Below, piece by piece: positions 60,254 to 64,000 of a stretch of 64,000 nt of DNA. This DNA is from an uncultured delta proteobacterium (GTDB lineage: Bacteria; Desulfobacterota; RBG-13-43-22): contig CAVQFQ010000005.1 in assembly GCA_963711835.1 (NCBI GenBank), positions 288,001 to 352,000 on the forward strand, given 5' to 3'. A program made the position numbers and the translations under genes. Position 1 is the first letter of the stretch. Every line of letters begins with the position of its first letter. Below the pieces are notes generated by a model. The model was not told the DNA's origin, did not search any database, and saw nothing but the letters and a program-made list of their open reading frames with translations.

Positions 60254-61729
60254 ATGAATGCGAAGGATAAACAGCACCGGGGTATTCTACAGAGAATCGC
60301 CCGGAGGGTGATGCTTGAGAGGGGTTTACTCCCCGACTTTTCTGTTGAAGCACTCTCCGAACTGGCCGGGATTCAGGGGCCGGCGACAATGGATGGTGAG
60401 CAGGTTCGTGACCGGAGGGACCTTCTTTGGGCTTCCATTGACAACGATGACTCCCGTGATTTGGATCAACTTACCGTTGCCGAGGCGCTGCCTGACGACC
60501 AAGTAAAGATCTTTGTTGCCGTGGCTGACGTGGACTCGATCGTTAAGAATGGCTCGGCCATTGACGATCACGCCCGCCACAATACGACCTCTGTCTATAC
60601 GGCTCCCACGCTATTTCCGATGCTTCCTGAAAAGCTTTCGACCGATCTTACCTCCTTAAACTTCAATGAGGATCGACTATCCATTGTCGTCGAAATGGTG
60701 ATCGGCAATGACGGGTCCCTCCAGGATTCGGATATCTACCGGGCGCTTGTCCGCAATCAGGCCAAGCTCGCCTATAACAGCGTTGCCGCCTGGCTGGAAG
60801 GGAAAGGAATTGTGCTTGAGGCTATCGCTGCCGTAAAGGGACTTGATGAGAATCTACGCCTGCAGGACAGGGTAGCACAAAGGTTGAAGAACTTCCGGCA
60901 GGTTCACGGGGCACTCAGCTTTGAAACCATTGAAGCGAGGCCGATATTTGATGGCGATGAAATCCGGGCCCTCGAAGTGGAAAAAAAGAACCGCGCCAAG
61001 GACCTTATTGAGGATTTTATGATAGCGGCCAACGGCGTTACTGCCCGGTATCTCTCATCAAAAAAATTCCCTTCCCTACGGCGGGTGGTCCGCAATCCAA
61101 AACGATGGGAACGGATCGTCGAGATAGCCGAGGAACACGGGTTCAAACTTCCTTCTAATCCGGATTCAAGCGACCTGGAGGAATTCCTGATGAAGGAGAA
61201 AGCAGCCGATCCGCTGAGATTCCCCGACCTCTCCCTCTCCATTATCAAACTGATGGGAGCCGGGGAATACGTGGCAGAACTTCCAGGAGACACGGCTCCC
61301 CCGGGACACTTTGGTCTCGCAGTCAGGGACTATACCCATTCCACCGCCCCTAACCGCCGATACCCGGATCTCATCACGCAGCGGCTGCTGAAGGCTGCCA
61401 TGGCTCAACATCCCGTACCCTATGAGAAAGATGACCTGGAGGCTCTGGGCAAACATTGCACCGAGGGAGAGGATGCCGCCAGGAAGGTTGAACGGCTGGT
61501 CGAAAAATCCGCAGCCGCGATACTGCTCGAGTCAAGAATCGGGGAACGGTTCGATGCCCTGGTCACTGGTGCAGCCGCCAAAGGCACGTGGGTCCGTCTT
61601 CTGCATCCTCCTATTGAAGGAAAACTGGCGCAGGGTTTCGAAGGGATTGACGTGGGTCAAAGGGTTCGCGTCCAACTGATTCACACAGACGTGGAGCGGG
61701 GATTCATCGACTTCAAGAGAATTAAATGA
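60254..61729 (+). CDS. RNB-domain exoribonuclease (RNase II/R family, lacking N-terminal CSDs)
   Basis: SIDNDDSRDLDQ, HFGLA..YTHSTAPNRRYPD and a C-terminal S1-like domain. Confidence 0.9.
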   Translation: MNAKDKQHRGILQRIARRVMLERGLLPDFSVEALSELAGIQGPATMDGEQVRDRRDLLWASIDNDDSRDLDQLTVAEALPDDQVKIFVAVADVDSIVKNGSAIDDHARHNTTSVYTAPTLFPMLPEKLSTDLTSLNFNEDRLSIVVEMVIGNDGSLQDSDIYRALVRNQAKLAYNSVAAWLEGKGIVLEAIAAVKGLDENLRLQDRVAQRLKNFRQVHGALSFETIEARPIFDGDEIRALEVEKKNRAKDLIEDFMIAANGVTARYLSSKKFPSLRRVVRNPKRWERIVEIAEEHGFKLPSNPDSSDLEEFLMKEKAADPLRFPDLSLSIIKLMGAGEYVAELPGDTAPPGHFGLAVRDYTHSTAPNRRYPDLITQRLLKAAMAQHPVPYEKDDLEALGKHCTEGEDAARKVERLVEKSAAAILLESRIGERFDALVTGAAAKGTWVRLLHPPIEGKLAQGFEGIDVGQRVRVQLIHTDVERGFIDFKRIK

Positions 61730-61990
61730 TTCATTCGTTGAGTCTCAGGGCTTATGAACCCTTAATTTTGTTAGGCCAAATAGTTTATCAAGGCCTTCTC
61801 CCTGTCTTCCTGAACTAAACCCCGAACACTTTTTCCTAAAAATGTCTATTTCTACTGGAAATCATAGGACAGTCATTGGTGAAACAAAATGGTGTTTTTG
61901 TTCGCCCCACATCTCGGCTCACTCCTATCCCATCGGGAAGGTGCCCGGTTTCAGGTGTCTGTTAAGATGTCCGGCTATCCTCAAAGTTTC

Positions 61991-62024
61991 CCTCAATATA
62001 ATGAGGCTCCGCCAAATATGGAGG
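61991..62024. promoter_or_regulatory. Tandem 16-bp palindromes, putative bEBP enhancer (copy 2)
   Basis: CCTCAATATAATGAGG and CCGCCAAATATGGAGG. Confidence 0.7.
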
Positions 62025-62122
62025 TCCAACCCATCGTTTCAACCCTCTTTCCTGTTCTCTTCTGTTAATCAAACCCTCTGATATCAGGCTTGATTTCCGA
62101 CTTTTTCTTTTTCCCAGGCTGT

Positions 62123-62138
62123 TGGTAAGCTACTTGCA
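62123..62138 (+). promoter_or_regulatory. sigma54 -24/-12 promoter
   Basis: TGGT-AAGCTAC-TTGCA (GG-N10-GC), at almost the same distance from the palindromes as copy 1. Confidence 0.75.
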
Positions 62139-62286
62139 TTCTGAAAAACTTTAAGTTTATCCGGCTCTTTGCCCTTGAAAATAATTATCCGGAACAGAAT
62201 AAGGACTCAGGGAAATAACAATGTATGGGTTACTTTTTTAAACTTTGCAATCGTATGATTGCACATCTAAAAGCAGGAGGAGAGAA

Positions 62287-62853
62287 ATGAAAAAGGTTAT
62301 TTTGTTGTCAGTGTTAGTGGTTTTTGGATTAGCCTTGTTTTCGGGTTGCGCCTCTATGCAAACATGGCCAGATAATGAAAGGAGTGCAGAGAACAAGATG
62401 GTTGTAATCCAGGAGAAAATTGGGGATGGGCTGAAAACCGGTGCGCTTACCCCCGATCAGTCCCAGATGTTTCTGACGACACTGAAGGGTATTCGAACAG
62501 ACTATACGGAACTGAGAGACAAAGTGGTCTCCCGGGATGAATGGGACAGGCTTCTTGGAAGACTTGATGCGCTTGAAGATGAGATCAACAGAGCGCTTGC
62601 CCGGACCGCAAGAATTGAAGAACCAAGGAGGAATGGGGACAGGATTGTCGCACTCCAAAGGAGAATTGATGATGGAAGAATCAACGGACGTTTACCCCTG
62701 ACAGAGGGGCGAGAATTTCAATCCAGACTGGACTCCATTCGGCGTGAATATTTGCGGATGACGGAAGGAGGCAGATACACCGCGCACGAGGAGAGAGCAG
62801 ACATCTCACGCAGGCTCGATTCATTGGAAACGGATCTAAATCGGTATCGGTAG
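62287..62853 (+). CDS. Lipoprotein with an internal helical repeat
   Basis: FSGC lipobox; two related halves (I.DG...G.L; RLD.LE). Confidence 0.75.
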   Translation: MKKVILLSVLVVFGLALFSGCASMQTWPDNERSAENKMVVIQEKIGDGLKTGALTPDQSQMFLTTLKGIRTDYTELRDKVVSRDEWDRLLGRLDALEDEINRALARTARIEEPRRNGDRIVALQRRIDDGRINGRLPLTEGREFQSRLDSIRREYLRMTEGGRYTAHEERADISRRLDSLETDLNRYR

Positions 62854-62935
62854 ACGCAATTTAATGAGATGGTGGTGTCAAAACCCTAAGAGATTCTACC
62901 GGCTTGCCGGGAAATCTATTTGAAAGGAGAATCAC

Positions 62936-63082
62936 ATGTTGTGGACAATTGCTGTAATACTGATAGTTTTGTGGCTGCTGGGGTTGGTGACCAGTTATAC
63001 GATGGGAGGGTTCATTCACATCGCGCTGGTGATTGCCATTATCGTTGTGATAGTCGGCTTCGTTCAGAGGCAACGAGGGTAG
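62936..63082 (+). CDS. lmo0937/DUF5670-family small membrane protein (48 aa, not in the ORF track)
   Basis: MLWTIAVILIVLWLLGLVTSYTMGGFIHI; RBS aaggag. Confidence 0.88.
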   Translation: MLWTIAVILIVLWLLGLVTSYTMGGFIHIALVIAIIVVIVGFVQRQRG

Positions 63083-63146
63083 TGAAGCACAGTCCTCAAT
63101 TTTTTCTGCAACGTTTAGATGAAGTAAACCCTTTGAAAGGAGAAAA

Positions 63147-63476
63147 ATGAACATGAGCAAATTAGAAATTAAAGGGGCCTTGGGCTTGGTTTTATTGGTG
63201 GCGGTGCTGATGATCGGCTGTGGTTCAACCTCTTCCGGTGGAGGATTTGCCAACGTGGATGTTCAGTACTCGATATCCGGGGATCGCATCACTCATAACG
63301 CTAACGAATCCCAGGATTATACTCTCCCGGGGGTGGGGACCGATTTCCGGAAACTGACCTGGTTTTGCGCAAACTATAAAGACCATCAGAGAAGTCGCGT
63401 TGAGCTGACCTTTAAAAAATCAAATAATACCTGGGTGTTGGATAAAGAGGATTTCAGCGGCGGTAGTTGCGCATAG
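63147..63476 (+). CDS. Hypothetical lipoprotein
   Basis: MIGC lipobox-like motif, RBS aaggag. Confidence 0.65.
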   Translation: MNMSKLEIKGALGLVLLVAVLMIGCGSTSSGGGFANVDVQYSISGDRITHNANESQDYTLPGVGTDFRKLTWFCANYKDHQRSRVELTFKKSNNTWVLDKEDFSGGSCA

Positions 63477-63643
63477 CCGTTATTCCTTTCCTTAACGATA
63501 ACCCTGACCGCCTCTCTCTTAAAATGAACCTTCAGCTTTGGTAACGAAGTGGACGGGAGGGGGCGACAAAGAAGCACGCAAAAATCAGCCGCGAGTGTAA
63601 TGAGTCGGCTGTATTGCCTTGGGAATCATTTGTCCTTTTCATC

Positions 63644-64000
63644 CTATTCGCTGTCACGGGCTGACTCATTGTCTTCTCTTTGTCTACTCTTAAGCCAAGC
63701 ACTCGCGGCATCGATATGGTAAACCATTTCAATGACAGCCCGGCAATTCTTGCCGTAGTCTCATGAAACGATTGGATGGCCGCGTGCTCTGCAAGGTCTA
63801 TAACGGCGGGGTAACCTCTGACACGAAAAAAGGCTTCTGTAGGCCCAAAACGTCCCTTTAGGGCACGGACATCAACTACTACTACCACAGCCCCGAGGTT
63901 TATTGCGTTTACGATATCGATCACTTCATTCTGCAGCTTTTGAACAGTGTTCGCCGTTACTTCGCCTGTGATGACAGTTTCAATGATTCCTTCATTCACA
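63644..64000 (-). CDS. STAS/SpoIIAA-like hypothetical protein, partial at the window edge, frameshift near 63718
   Basis: VVVDVRAL and FHETTA; WFT(D)IDAASAWL is restored by adding one base. Confidence 0.5.

Overview
A chromosomal segment, probably from an anaerobic deltaproteobacterium (Desulfobacterota-like; inferred from gene content). Most of it is housekeeping or metabolic: acyl-CoA dehydrogenase, uvrB, rmuC, Hsp20, a TatT-type TRAP transporter, pncB, engB, hisG/hisI, rlmN, pgm, pgl, gpmA, malQ and queF. Three accessory regions stand out. (1) At 7.6-11.4 kb, downstream of tRNA-Val/tRNA-Asp, is a wrecked integron: an intI 3' remnant, an attC site and a hidden, frameshifted HEPN-like cassette. 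It is split by a Y1 (HUH) transposase bounded by 24-bp terminal inverted repeats and abuts an IS91-like fragment. (2) At 18.6-28.5 kb is an MSHA-like type IV pilus locus with three tandem pilins, two of them sharing a 217-bp identical tract, followed by candidate pilin-modifying membrane enzymes. (3) At 51.2-64 kb is a kaiC-kaiB-kaiB operon (no kaiA in the window) ending in a PAS-PAS sigma54 activator. Downstream are two copies of a ~170-bp module of tandem palindromes plus a -24/-12 promoter, placed in front of general-stress-type genes. This is the best candidate for a new system: a KaiBC-gated sigma54 regulon. Two intergenic elements (33.9-34.2 kb and 46.1-46.3 kb) share inverted-repeat ends and a conserved structured core. 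Many genes carry single-base frameshifts at short homopolymers, most likely assembly errors. All calls are by eye; no database searches were run.
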